Assembly (NCBI GenBank): GCA_963815905.1
Contig: CAWFIO010000005.1
Coordinates: forward strand, 14,949 to 78,948
Direction: 5' to 3'
Length of the DNA stretch: 64,000 bases
Source: an uncultured Actinomycetota bacterium
Lineage (GTDB): Bacteria > Actinomycetota > Actinomycetes > Propionibacteriales > Propionibacteriaceae
Shown here one piece after another: positions 55,361 to 64,000 of the stretch. Numbering within the stretch: the stretch's first letter is position 1; each line of letters opens with the position of its first letter. The position numbers and the translations under genes were made by a program. The notes under the pieces were generated by a model that worked only from the letters and a program-made list of their open reading frames with translations, did no database searches and was not told the DNA's origin.

Positions 55361-56716
55361 ATGACCGCGTACGACGCGATCGTGATCGGAGCAGGACAAG
55401 CGGGGCCCGGAGTCGCTGCGGCGCTGGCGGAGCAGGGTAAGCAGGTCGCGCTGATCGAGATGGACCGGGCGGGAGGCACCTGCCTGAACCACGGCTGTAA
55501 GCCGACCAAGACGCTACGAGCCACCGCCAGCGTGGCCCATCAGGCCCGCCGGGCGGCCGAGTACGGCGTACACGTGGGGCCGGTCAGCGTCGACTTCGGT
55601 GTCGCCATCACACGGGTCCGGCGCATCATCGGCGCGATGCAGGAGTCGATCGACGGTTGGCTCGACGGTCTCGACGGCGTCGACTACATCCACGGTCGGG
55701 CCACCCTGCGCAGCGACCCCGGCGGGCAGCGGCACGTGGTCCGGGTCGAACGAGACGGAGCTGACCGCTCCGCAGGTCTACCTGAACGTCGGGGGCCGGG
55801 CCTCGCGCCCGCCCATCCCCGGACTGGACGACGTCGAGTGGATGACCGAGGTCGAACTGCTCGCGCTCGACGAACTGCCCGAGCACCTCATCGTGGTCGG
55901 GGGCGGCTACATCGGATGCGAGTTCGGCCAGATGTTCGCCCGATTCGGTTCGCGGGTCACGATGGTCGCCGGAGGCAAGCTGGCCGGCCGCGAGGACCCG
56001 GACATCTCCGAACTGGTGGCCACGATGCTGACCGAGGACGGCGTGCGGATCCTCGACGGACGACCCTCGCAGGTCCGGCGAGCCGACGGCGGTGACATCG
56101 AGGTCGAGGTGGACGGCGAGACCGATCACCGGGACCCACCTGCTGCTGTCGACCGGGCGTACGTCCAACTCCGACCTGCTCGGCGACCACGGCGATCGAG
56201 ACCGACGAGCGCGGCTTCTTCGTCGTCGGACCGCGGTTCGAGACCTCGGTGCCCGGGGTCTGGGCGCTCGGCGACGTCAACGGGCGCGGCGCCTTCACCC
56301 ACACCGCGTACCAGGACTCGCAGATCCTGCTCGCTCCCCCGCGTACGGTCGAGGGCCGGGTCACCACGTACGCGATGTTCACCGATCCGCCGCTCGGCCG
56401 CGTCGGCATGACTACGCAGGAGGCCCGCGACTCCGGACGCCGGGTGCTCAAGGCCGAGGTGCCGATGAGCTCGGTCAGCCGGGCGGTGATGGAGAGCGAG
56501 ACCACCGGACTGATGCGGATCCTGGTCGATGCCGACACCGAGGAGTTCCTCGGCGCCACCATCCTCGGCCTGCATGCCGATGACCTGATCCAGGTCATCG
56601 GCACCGCGCTGCAGGCCGGCGTCCGCTACCCCACGGTGCGTGACGCGCTGCCCATCCACCCGACGATGGCGGAGTACATCCCCTCGATCCTCGGCTCATT
56701 GACCCCGCTCGACTAA
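55361..56716 (+). pseudogene. Class I pyridine nucleotide-disulfide oxidoreductase (mercuric-reductase/dihydrolipoamide-dehydrogenase-like) broken by three +1 frameshifts (about 55747, 56121, 56195); possibly intact in vivo
   Basis: VIGAGQAG, GGTCLNHGCKPTK, VVGGGYIGCE, THLLLSTGR, ALGDVNG and IHPTMAE are spread over four successive frames. Confidence 0.8.
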
Positions 56717-57048
56717 CGCGGATCGGCGAGGATGCCGATCAGATTGCCGTCCGGATCGACCAGCACCGCGATCCGGCGGCCGCCTCCGACGTCGTGGACG
56801 GGTTCCTGCTCGGTGGCGCCGGCAGCCAGCAGAGCGTCACGGGTCGCCTCGATGTCATCGACCTCCCAGTAGGCCACCGTGCCGGACTGATTGCTCTGGG
56901 GAGCCAGCCCGACGTGCAGGCCGTCGAGGTCGTAACCGACGTAATACGGCGCGTCCATGCTCGGTTCGACCCCCAGGACGGTGGCGTACACCGCCTTGGC
57001 CGCGGTCAGATCGGCCACTGGTACGACGATGGTCTTGAGTCCGGACAT
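56713..57048 (-). CDS. VOC/glyoxalase-family protein
   Basis: MSGLKTIVVPVADL, YWEVDDI, DVGGGRRIA, DPDGNLIGI. Confidence 0.88.
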   Translation of the reverse strand: MSGLKTIVVPVADLTAAKAVYATVLGVEPSMDAPYYVGYDLDGLHVGLAPQSNQSGTVAYWEVDDIEATRDALLAAGATEQEPVHDVGGGRRIAVLVDPDGNLIGILADPR

Positions 57049-57124
57049 GTCAGGGTTCCTCTCGGTCACGAAGATCGCCTCTCGATCGTCACACCCCTGA
57101 CGAACGAAAGAGGAAAGGTGTGAC

Positions 57125-57979
57125 ATGCACGAGGATGAGTGGTTGGCCGAGCGCTTCGAGGAACAGCGGAACCACCTGTCGGCGGTCGCGCTTCGGATGC
57201 TGGGATCGCCCGCGGAGGCCGACGACGCGGTCCAGGAGGCATGGCTGCGGCTCAGCCGATCCGACGTCAGCGCGGTCGACAATCTCAGCGGGTGGCTGAC
57301 CACCGTGGTGTCGCGGGTCTGCCTGGACATGCTGCGGACCCGCCGCCGGCGGGGCGAGACCGAGCTCGGGGACCAGATCAGCGAGCCCGTCATCGCTGGG
57401 CCCGAGCACGAGGCGCTACTCGCCGATGCCGTCGGCCCGGCTCTGCAACGGGTCCTCGACAGCCTGGCCCCGGCTGAGCGCATCGCCTTCGTGCTGCACG
57501 ACCTGTTCGCGGTGCCGTTCGACGAGATCGCCGAGATCTTGGGGCGGACGCCGGCCGCTACGCGCCAGCTGGCCAGTCGGGGGCGGCGTCGGATCCAGGG
57601 CGGGGACGCCCCCGGCGATCCCGATCGTGCCCGTCGAGCCGAGATCGTCGCGGCCTTCCTCGACGCCTCCCGCAACGGCAACTTCGCCGGGTTGCTGGCC
57701 ATCCTCCATCCGGGCGTACTCGTCCGGGCCGATGCCACCGCGACGGCGATGGGAGCCGAAGCCGAGATCCGCGGATCCGAGCTGGTGGCCGCGGCGTACA
57801 ACGGCCGGGCCCAGGCGTTGCGCCGCGTGCTCATCAACGGCGAGCCCGGGGCGGTCTGGCAGCTGCGAGGCGAGATCAAGGTGATGTTCGCGTTCACGGT
57901 CCTCGACGGCCTGATCGCCACCGTCGACCTGATCTCCGACCCGGACGCGTTGGCCGCCGCCGAGGTGGACTACCTCTAG
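57125..57979 (+). CDS. ECF sigma-70 factor with C-terminal SnoaL-like domain (ECF41/SigJ-like)
   Basis: EADDAVQEAWLR, WLTTVVSRVCLDMLR, ERIAFVLHDLF, RQLASRGRR; SnoaL-like extension. Confidence 0.9.
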   Translation: MHEDEWLAERFEEQRNHLSAVALRMLGSPAEADDAVQEAWLRLSRSDVSAVDNLSGWLTTVVSRVCLDMLRTRRRRGETELGDQISEPVIAGPEHEALLADAVGPALQRVLDSLAPAERIAFVLHDLFAVPFDEIAEILGRTPAATRQLASRGRRRIQGGDAPGDPDRARRAEIVAAFLDASRNGNFAGLLAILHPGVLVRADATATAMGAEAEIRGSELVAAAYNGRAQALRRVLINGEPGAVWQLRGEIKVMFAFTVLDGLIATVDLISDPDALAAAEVDYL

Positions 57980-57996
57980 CACCGCGCATCCCCTCT

Positions 57997-58073
57997 CCCG
58001 TCGAACTAACTGGGGGCAGATAGCAGTGTTTCGGCCGATGGTTGCGTTATCTGCCCCCAGTTAGTTCGACGGG
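57997..58073. repeat. REP-like palindrome, copy 4 (longest)
   Basis: cccgtcgaactaactgggggcagata / tatctgcccccagttagttcgacggg (26-bp perfect arms). Confidence 0.93.
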
Positions 58074-58123
58074 CGGGGGCGACCGGCAGAGGGCGAAGAG
58101 AGGCGGCGCCCCGGGTCAGGCGC

Positions 58124-58709
58124 TCACGTGCTGAGGCGCGGGGCCCGCGGGCTGCGTTTGTAGTCGGAGACGAAGCGGCTGCCGGCCTCGTGGAAGCGCC
58201 ACGGGCGGTCGGCCTCGACCGAGACCCCGACGCGCGGGCCGACCACGATGGCCGCCGGGCGGTGGGCCGGGCTCGAGCCGCAGCGCACCGCCGGACAGCA
58301 GGTCGGCCCCCTTGTGCTCGGCGTTCAGCCCCAGGGCCTGAGCGAGCCGGCCCGGGCCGCGGGCCAGGTCGCGATCGGTCGAGCGGCCGCGCCGGCTGCG
58401 GGCGAGTTCGAGACCCGCGATCACCTCGCCGGCCCGGAGCAGGACTCCCGATGCGGTCCCGTCGGGTCCGCAGACCACGTTGGCCGCCCAGTGCATGCCG
58501 TAGCTGAAGTAGGTGTAGAGGTGGCCGGGGGGCCCGAACATCGTCTGGTTCCGCGGCGTCGGGCCGCGGAAGGCGTGCGAGGCCGGGTCGCGGGCCCCCG
58601 CGTACGCCTCGACCTCGGTCAGTCGGACAGCGATCTCGCCGTGCCACAGGATCGCACCGAGCAGGGCCGGCGCGACCAGCTCGACCGGGCCGGAGAGGTC
58701 CCAGCTCAC
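58124..58709 (-). CDS. mpg: 3-methyladenine DNA glycosylase (MPG/AAG family); +1 frameshift near 58258
   Basis: [38 protein letters not shown]; the +1 frame gives the expected tail GPRVGVS...PWRF...FVS. Confidence 0.85.
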
Positions 58710-61045
58710 GTCAGGACCTCGACCGTGCCGGCGCCGCCGTCGACCCGGACCCGGTCCCCGGTGTGCAGCAGCATGGTGGCGTTGCCGCAGCCGACGACCG
58801 CGGGGATACCGAGCTCGCGGGCGACGATCGCGGCGTGCGACAGCGGAGCGCCGACATCGGTGACGACCGCGGCCGCACGCGGGAACAGCGGGGTCCAACC
58901 GACGTTGGTCACCGTCGTGACCAGCACTTCGCCGGGCTGCAGCCGGGTCGGGTCATCGGCGTCGAGCAGCACCCGGACCACCCCCTCGACGATTCCCGCC
59001 GACCCCGCGAAGCCCCGAACCGCCGCCGACTCAGCGGTCTGTCTTCCCTCGACGACGACATCACTGCGCCGCCGCGGATCCCCCGCCCAGCGGAACGGGT
59101 CGAAGCGACCGCTGATGAGGGTCGGATAGGCCGGCAGTTCCCGATAGCCCGCGTACGCGGCCCGTCGTTCGGCGATCACGCGGGGACTGATGGTCTCCCC
59201 GTGCAGCACCCGCAGGATCTCGGCCCGCTCGAGGAAGAAGATGTCCTCGCCGAGCCCGGTCAGCTCACCCGCCCGGATGACCCAGGCGCGTAGCACCCAG
59301 AAGTAGCGGATCACCTCACTGCGGGCCCGCTCGCGGTTCCGGGCCATCCGAGCCCAGGCGGTCAGCCGCCGACGGAGCCCGCGGGCCTGCCGCGGGTGGC
59401 GACGATCCAGCTCGGCCCAGGCCCGATCACGTCGCTGCTCCTGATCTACCAGCAGCCGTCGGTGGTCGACCGCCGACGCGGTCAGCTCGGCGAGGTGGGG
59501 ATCCACCCAATCCGGGTCCTCGCCCGGGCGTGGGATCGAGATCTCGAACTCGTGCGGTCCGCGATGCCCGAACTGGCGGTCGAAGGTGTCACGGTCGATC
59601 GCGCCGTCGGCCAGCGCCGCCAACCCGTCGAGCAGACCGAGGCTGGCGAGCCCCGCGTCGCCACCGAGTCCCGAGGTGATCGCGTTGGTGGCCGCGTCGC
59701 CGAGGAGATTCCGCAGCCAGGCCCGGGTGGTGACGAACGAGGCGCCGCTGGTCCGGGTCGCCGCCGACAGCATCAGGCTGACGCGGTGGAATTCGGGATC
59801 GAGCGTCTCCTCCCAGCGGTCGGCCAACTGCTGCGGCGCATCGGTCGCGGCGATCTCGACCCGGCGCCGATCGCAGAGCTGCGGGTGCCCGGCGAGATAG
59901 CCGTCGAGCCGCCGCGCGTCGCGGCGAGCCTCGCGGAGGACGTGCACGGCCATCGGGACCACCGAGCCGAGCACCCAGAGTCGGTGGACCGGAACGTCGG
60001 GGATGTCCAGGTCCTCGGGCAGCCGACCGAACACCTCCTCGGTGAGCGTGCGGAACCGCCGTTCGCTCACCCCGACCGAGCGCGACAGCGCGGCCATCAC
60101 ACTGACATTCAGATAGATCCGCCCGCCGATCCGGCCGTAGCCGACATACGGCGGGATCGACGCCGTGGCCATCGCGTCGGTCAGAAACACCTGCACCATC
60201 GACCAGGTGACCGGGGTCATCACATCGGGGATGGCCTCGCCGACATTGGTGTTGGTCCAGAGGAAGTTTCCCGCTCGGCTGTCGTTCCACGGGTCGGCCG
60301 GTGCGACCACGGTGATCGGTCGGGCCTGGACGACGAAGAGGTCATCGCCCGCCCGGCACCACTCGACATCCATCGGCCCATCAAACCGTTCGGCGATCGA
60401 GCCGCCCAGCGCGACCAGCCGGGTCACCTGGTCCCGGTCGAGTGTGGGTGGGTGATGGCGTACGCGGTCGACCACCGCACCGGTCCTATCGACGCGGAAC
60501 TCGTCCGGATCGGCCTCCCCGGACACCAGCCGGTCAGCGAGCCCGGGAACGGCGTCGATCACCGTGACCGGGTCCCCGGTCACCGGATCGACCGTGAACA
60601 GCACTCCGGCGGCGTCGGCGGCGACCATCGCCTGGACGACGACCGCCATGGCCAGACCGTCGTCACCGATCCCGCGCTCGGCCCGGTAGGCGACCGCCCG
60701 CTCGGTGTGCAACGAGGCCCAGCACCGACGGACGGCGTCCAACACCGGCTCGTCACCCACCACCTCGAGAAAGCTGTCCTGCTGGCCGGCGAACGACGCA
60801 TCGGCCAGGTCCTCCGCTGTGGCCGAAGACCGCACGGCGACCGGACCGCCGCCCAGCCGGTGATAGGCGTCGAGGACGGCTCGGGTGACCGGTTCGGCCG
60901 GACCGTCGCGGGCGTACGCCGCTGTCGTCACCACGAAACCCGGCGGGACCGGGAAGCCGTAGGCGATGAGCCGGGCCAGCGCGGCACCCTTGCCGCCCAG
61001 CTCGGCCGGGTCGACCGAGCCGCCGTCGGCCAGATCGACGATCAC
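58706..61045 (-). CDS. Rifampin-phosphotransferase (Rph)-like / PEP-synthase-like protein: ATP-grasp, central domain, swivel phosphohistidine domain
   Basis: [40 protein letters not shown]; C-terminal [30 protein letters not shown]; no pyruvate-binding TIM barrel. Confidence 0.88.
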   Translation of the reverse strand: MIVDLADGGSVDPAELGGKGAALARLIAYGFPVPPGFVVTTAAYARDGPAEPVTRAVLDAYHRLGGGPVAVRSSATAEDLADASFAGQQDSFLEVVGDEPVLDAVRRCWASLHTERAVAYRAERGIGDDGLAMAVVVQAMVAADAAGVLFTVDPVTGDPVTVIDAVPGLADRLVSGEADPDEFRVDRTGAVVDRVRHHPPTLDRDQVTRLVALGGSIAERFDGPMDVEWCRAGDDLFVVQARPITVVAPADPWNDSRAGNFLWTNTNVGEAIPDVMTPVTWSMVQVFLTDAMATASIPPYVGYGRIGGRIYLNVSVMAALSRSVGVSERRFRTLTEEVFGRLPEDLDIPDVPVHRLWVLGSVVPMAVHVLREARRDARRLDGYLAGHPQLCDRRRVEIAATDAPQQLADRWEETLDPEFHRVSLMLSAATRTSGASFVTTRAWLRNLLGDAATNAITSGLGGDAGLASLGLLDGLAALADGAIDRDTFDRQFGHRGPHEFEISIPRPGEDPDWVDPHLAELTASAVDHRRLLVDQEQRRDRAWAELDRRHPRQARGLRRRLTAWARMARNRERARSEVIRYFWVLRAWVIRAGELTGLGEDIFFLERAEILRVLHGETISPRVIAERRAAYAGYRELPAYPTLISGRFDPFRWAGDPRRRSDVVVEGRQTAESAAVRGFAGSAGIVEGVVRVLLDADDPTRLQPGEVLVTTVTNVGWTPLFPRAAAVVTDVGAPLSHAAIVARELGIPAVVGCGNATMLLHTGDRVRVDGGAGTVEVLT

Positions 61046-61092
61046 CCGTCCACACTAATCACGAGTCGATCCGGCGATCGGGCCCGAGCGAC

Positions 61093-63537
61093 TCAGCTGC
61101 GATCGAGCTCCAATCGGACGTCGCCGAGACCGCGGGCCACGACCAGCCGACCGCCGGCCGGGGTCGTCCATGCGTCGGCGAGGTGGTCCCAGAGCCGGAG
61201 CAGGCGCGGGTCGAGATCGACCGTGACCACCCGTTTCTCGCCGGAGACCACGGTGTCGGCGACCGAGTACCCGACCAGGCGCACCGGGGCACCGTTCGCG
61301 GGCCGCCAGTAGACCTGGACCACCTCGGTCGACGGGCGCTCGGCGGTGTTGACCAAAGTGACCGTGACCGATTCGGCCCCGTCGCGGGCCCGTTGGTGCT
61401 TCGCCGAGCCGTACTCCCAGGATCCCCAGCCGAGCCCCTCGCCGAGCCAGAAAGCCGGCTCGGCGGCCGACCGGTCCCACCCGCGGTAGCCCATCGCGGT
61501 GCCCTCGGCGTAGTCGAGCGTTCCGGCGATCGGCGTGACGCTCCAGGCCGGACCCTCTCCGTCGCGGGCCGGGAACGTCGTGACCAGGCGGCCGGTCGGT
61601 TCGCTCCGGCCGAGTAGCACGTCGCTGACCGCGTGGCCGCCCTCCTGACCGGGCAGCCCGACGACGAGGATCGCGTCGACCTCCGTGCGCCACGGCATCA
61701 GGACCGGCGTCGCCGCGTTGACCACGACCACCGTTCGCTGCGCGACCGCGGCGACCGCGCTGACCAGCTCGTCCTGGCGACCGGGCAGGGCCAGCGTGGC
61801 CTTGTCGATCGCTTCGGTCTCCTGCTCGGCGGTCACCCCGACGACCACCACGGCGGTCCGGGCCCCGGTCGCGGCCTGCACGGCGGCGGTCAGCGATTCG
61901 TCGTCGCTGCGGCCGGCGGGCTGAGCGATCAGGCCGACCAGCGAGATCCGGGCGGTCAGCCGCGAACGCACGGTCAGGACGGCGTTCTCCTGGGCCTCGA
62001 CCACGGTCACCCAGGTCGGCGGGATCATGAAGCCCGCCTCGTCGGCCGGCGGCGACGGGATGGTCACGTCGTGGTCCACGCCGCCGTAGCTCAACCGCCA
62101 TTCGCCGACCCCGCGTACGCCGATCATGATCGGGCTCCCGGTGGGCAGATCGACCCGGGCCGACACCTCGACCTCCGCCGTGGCCGCGCTCGGATCGTGG
62201 GCCGGCCAGACGACGATCTCGGGGACTTCGTTGACCGTCGCCGTCTGCACCTCGCCCGAGGCGTCGAAGCGGGTGACCCGGGCTCCGGCGGCGCCGGTCT
62301 CCGGGTCGGTGATCACGTCGGTCGACGCGGCCGGCGGATCGACCCGGACATTGACCCCGTCGACCACCCGGACGCGGGCCGCACCCAGCGCCTCGACGAG
62401 ACCGTCGGCCACCGAGATGGCGTGTGGCGGCCGGACCGCTGCGGAACCGCCACCCTGCAGGACTGTGTTGATCCCGTGTCGACCGATCAGGACCAGCGGT
62501 TCGTCCTCGGTGACCTCGTCGTCGCGCAGCGGCAGCGCATCCTGTCCGGTCAGCAGCACCATCCCGGCGCTGGCCAGGGTCCGCAACGCCAGCCGGAACG
62601 ACGGATCGGTCGGTTCGACGACCGGCCCGAGCGCGGCCTTGCGATCGGGCGCGATCGCGTGGACCGCGCCCACTCGCCCGGCCAACCGGAGCAACCGGGC
62701 GAGGTGGTCGTCGATCGCCGCTTCGTCCACCTCACCGGCGCCGACGGCGTCGACCAGCGCGGCACCCCACGGGCCACGCGGACCGGGCATGACCAGATCG
62801 AGACCGCCGCGGGCCGCCGCGGCCGCGGTCTTGGTGGCGCCCCAGTCCGACATCAGCAGGCCGTCCCAGCCCCACTCGCCCTTGAGCACGCCGTTGTTGA
62901 GCTCGTCGTGCTCGGTAGCCTCGACGCCGTTGATCTTGTTGTACGCGGCCATCACCGACCAGGGGTGCGAGTCGGCCAGGCAGATCTCGAACGGCAGCAG
63001 ATAGAGTTCGCGCAGCGCGGCGTTCGAGACCCGCGAGTTCATCGTGTGGCGGTCGGTCTCAGACTCGTTGGCCACGTAGTGCTTGAGGCAGGCCCCGACC
63101 CCGTAACGCTGGATGCCGTTGACGTACGCCGCGCCCAGCCGCCCACTGAGCAGCGGGTCCTCGGAGAACGCCTCGAACAACCGGCCGCCCAGCGCCGAGC
63201 GATGCAGGTTGATCGTCGGGCCGAGGACGACATCGACGTTCTGCCGCCGGCCCTCCCCGGCCAGCAGCTCGCCGACGTGGTGCGCTGCGGCGTCGTTCCA
63301 CGACTGCGCGAGCAGAGTCGCGTTGGGGAACATCCCGACCTGTGCGCCGCCGGTGAACTCGCTTCCGCGTACGCCGGTCGGACCGTCGCTGAACACCAGT
63401 CCGCGCAGCCCGATCGACGCTTCTGCGGCGAGGGAGAAGGTGTCCGCTCCGGTCAGCAGGGTCACTTTCGCCTCGAGCGAGAGGTCGGCGATCGCGCTCG
63501 CGATGACGTCGTCGATCGAGGCGGGGGCGCTGCTCAT
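61093..63537 (-). CDS. GH3 beta-glucosidase
   Basis: SDGPTGVRG, GRLFEAFSEDP, CLKHYVAN, MAAYN, LMSDWGA, GQEGG, C-terminal FnIII-like domain. Confidence 0.93.
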   Translation of the reverse strand: MSSAPASIDDVIASAIADLSLEAKVTLLTGADTFSLAAEASIGLRGLVFSDGPTGVRGSEFTGGAQVGMFPNATLLAQSWNDAAAHHVGELLAGEGRRQNVDVVLGPTINLHRSALGGRLFEAFSEDPLLSGRLGAAYVNGIQRYGVGACLKHYVANESETDRHTMNSRVSNAALRELYLLPFEICLADSHPWSVMAAYNKINGVEATEHDELNNGVLKGEWGWDGLLMSDWGATKTAAAAARGGLDLVMPGPRGPWGAALVDAVGAGEVDEAAIDDHLARLLRLAGRVGAVHAIAPDRKAALGPVVEPTDPSFRLALRTLASAGMVLLTGQDALPLRDDEVTEDEPLVLIGRHGINTVLQGGGSAAVRPPHAISVADGLVEALGAARVRVVDGVNVRVDPPAASTDVITDPETGAAGARVTRFDASGEVQTATVNEVPEIVVWPAHDPSAATAEVEVSARVDLPTGSPIMIGVRGVGEWRLSYGGVDHDVTIPSPPADEAGFMIPPTWVTVVEAQENAVLTVRSRLTARISLVGLIAQPAGRSDDESLTAAVQAATGARTAVVVVGVTAEQETEAIDKATLALPGRQDELVSAVAAVAQRTVVVVNAATPVLMPWRTEVDAILVVGLPGQEGGHAVSDVLLGRSEPTGRLVTTFPARDGEGPAWSVTPIAGTLDYAEGTAMGYRGWDRSAAEPAFWLGEGLGWGSWEYGSAKHQRARDGAESVTVTLVNTAERPSTEVVQVYWRPANGAPVRLVGYSVADTVVSGEKRVVTVDLDPRLLRLWDHLADAWTTPAGGRLVVARGLGDVRLELDRS

Positions 63538-63608
63538 GAGGACTCCTGATGGGGTGGACCGGGGCCCCACGCTAGCGATGGGCACCGACGCCGCCGAGAG
63601 TGGACCAC

Positions 63609-63897
63609 ATGGCTCCGACGTACCTGCTCACCTGCACCCCCTGCCCGCACTGGCCCCGGCCCCACCGGTGGCGACCAACTCCCCCGGCGACCCCGTACGC
63701 CGCAGCGTTCGGGCGGCGTACGGGATCGTGACGAGGACCCGCGGGCCCGTCCGCTGCTCTGGGCGCTGCTGCTCTGGGCGCTGCTGCTCGGCACCGCTGC
63801 GTTCGCGGTGATGACGATCGGGGGTAGGAGCGGCACCGACAACTCCCCCACCTTCGCGCAGTTCCAGCCGCCCGCGGCCGAGGGCCAGGTGACCTAG
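63609..63897 (+). CDS. Possible ~95-aa membrane protein, requires a +1 frameshift near 63727
   Basis: MAPTYLL...RRTG then +1 to RDEDPRARPLLWALLLWALLLGTAAFAVMTIGG...VT*; contains a 15-bp in-frame tandem repeat (LLWAL x2). Confidence 0.35.
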
Positions 63898-63918
63898 GTG
63901 TACTGACCACCTAGGTCA
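63890..63918. repeat. 11-bp inverted repeat at the window edge
   Basis: tgacctaggtg-tactgac-cacctaggtca. Confidence 0.7.
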
Positions 63919-64000
63919 TCTTTGGCCGCAAGGGCGGTGTCCGCGGTGGCGGCGGTGGCGGCGGCCGCGACGGGTCGAGCAATGAGTCGGCCGTCCAGAT

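Noticed and set aside
55361-56716. merA assignment
   Set aside because: No C-terminal vicinal Cys pair, no NmerA domain, and no merR/merT neighbours.
47729-58073. REP copies as a CRISPR array
   Set aside because: They are dispersed over 10 kb and separated by whole genes rather than regular 30-40 nt spacers; no cas genes are present.

Overview
High-GC actinobacterial chromosomal segment. Gene content and protein style (PpgK, DUF1707, TcrXY-like pair) suggest Propionibacteriales, Microlunatus/Friedmanniella-like; this is inference. The window holds about 55 CDSs and one tRNA-Gly(CCC). No CRISPR array, rRNA, integrase or transposase ORF was seen. Content: the 5' 3.6 kb of a giant secreted lectin/DUF11/IPT/FN3/Ig-repeat protein running off the left edge, rbsK, DoxX, an OmpR-family two-component pair, ABC transporters, a stand-alone LigD-type primase-polymerase, a FadF/EtfD-like Fe-S oxidoreductase, dcd, two FHA proteins, an accessory stretch 3' of the tRNA, a DUF1707-DUF1707-YdbS-YdbT envelope-stress cluster, ppgK, argS, pgi, three DNA glycosylases, a dGTPase, an ECF41 sigma factor, an Rph-like phosphotransferase and a GH3 glucosidase. 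Best candidates for new biology: (1) a REP-like palindrome family (arm core CTGGGGGCAGAT, 4 copies, variable loops), two copies of which bracket an AbiEi-like/DUF559-type nuclease gene that also has two DnaA-box-like 9-mers upstream; (2) an in-frame fusion of a YdbT membrane protein to an APH-like kinase. Caveat: seven apparent frameshifts in five genes are all +1, which suggests systematic insertion errors in the assembly.
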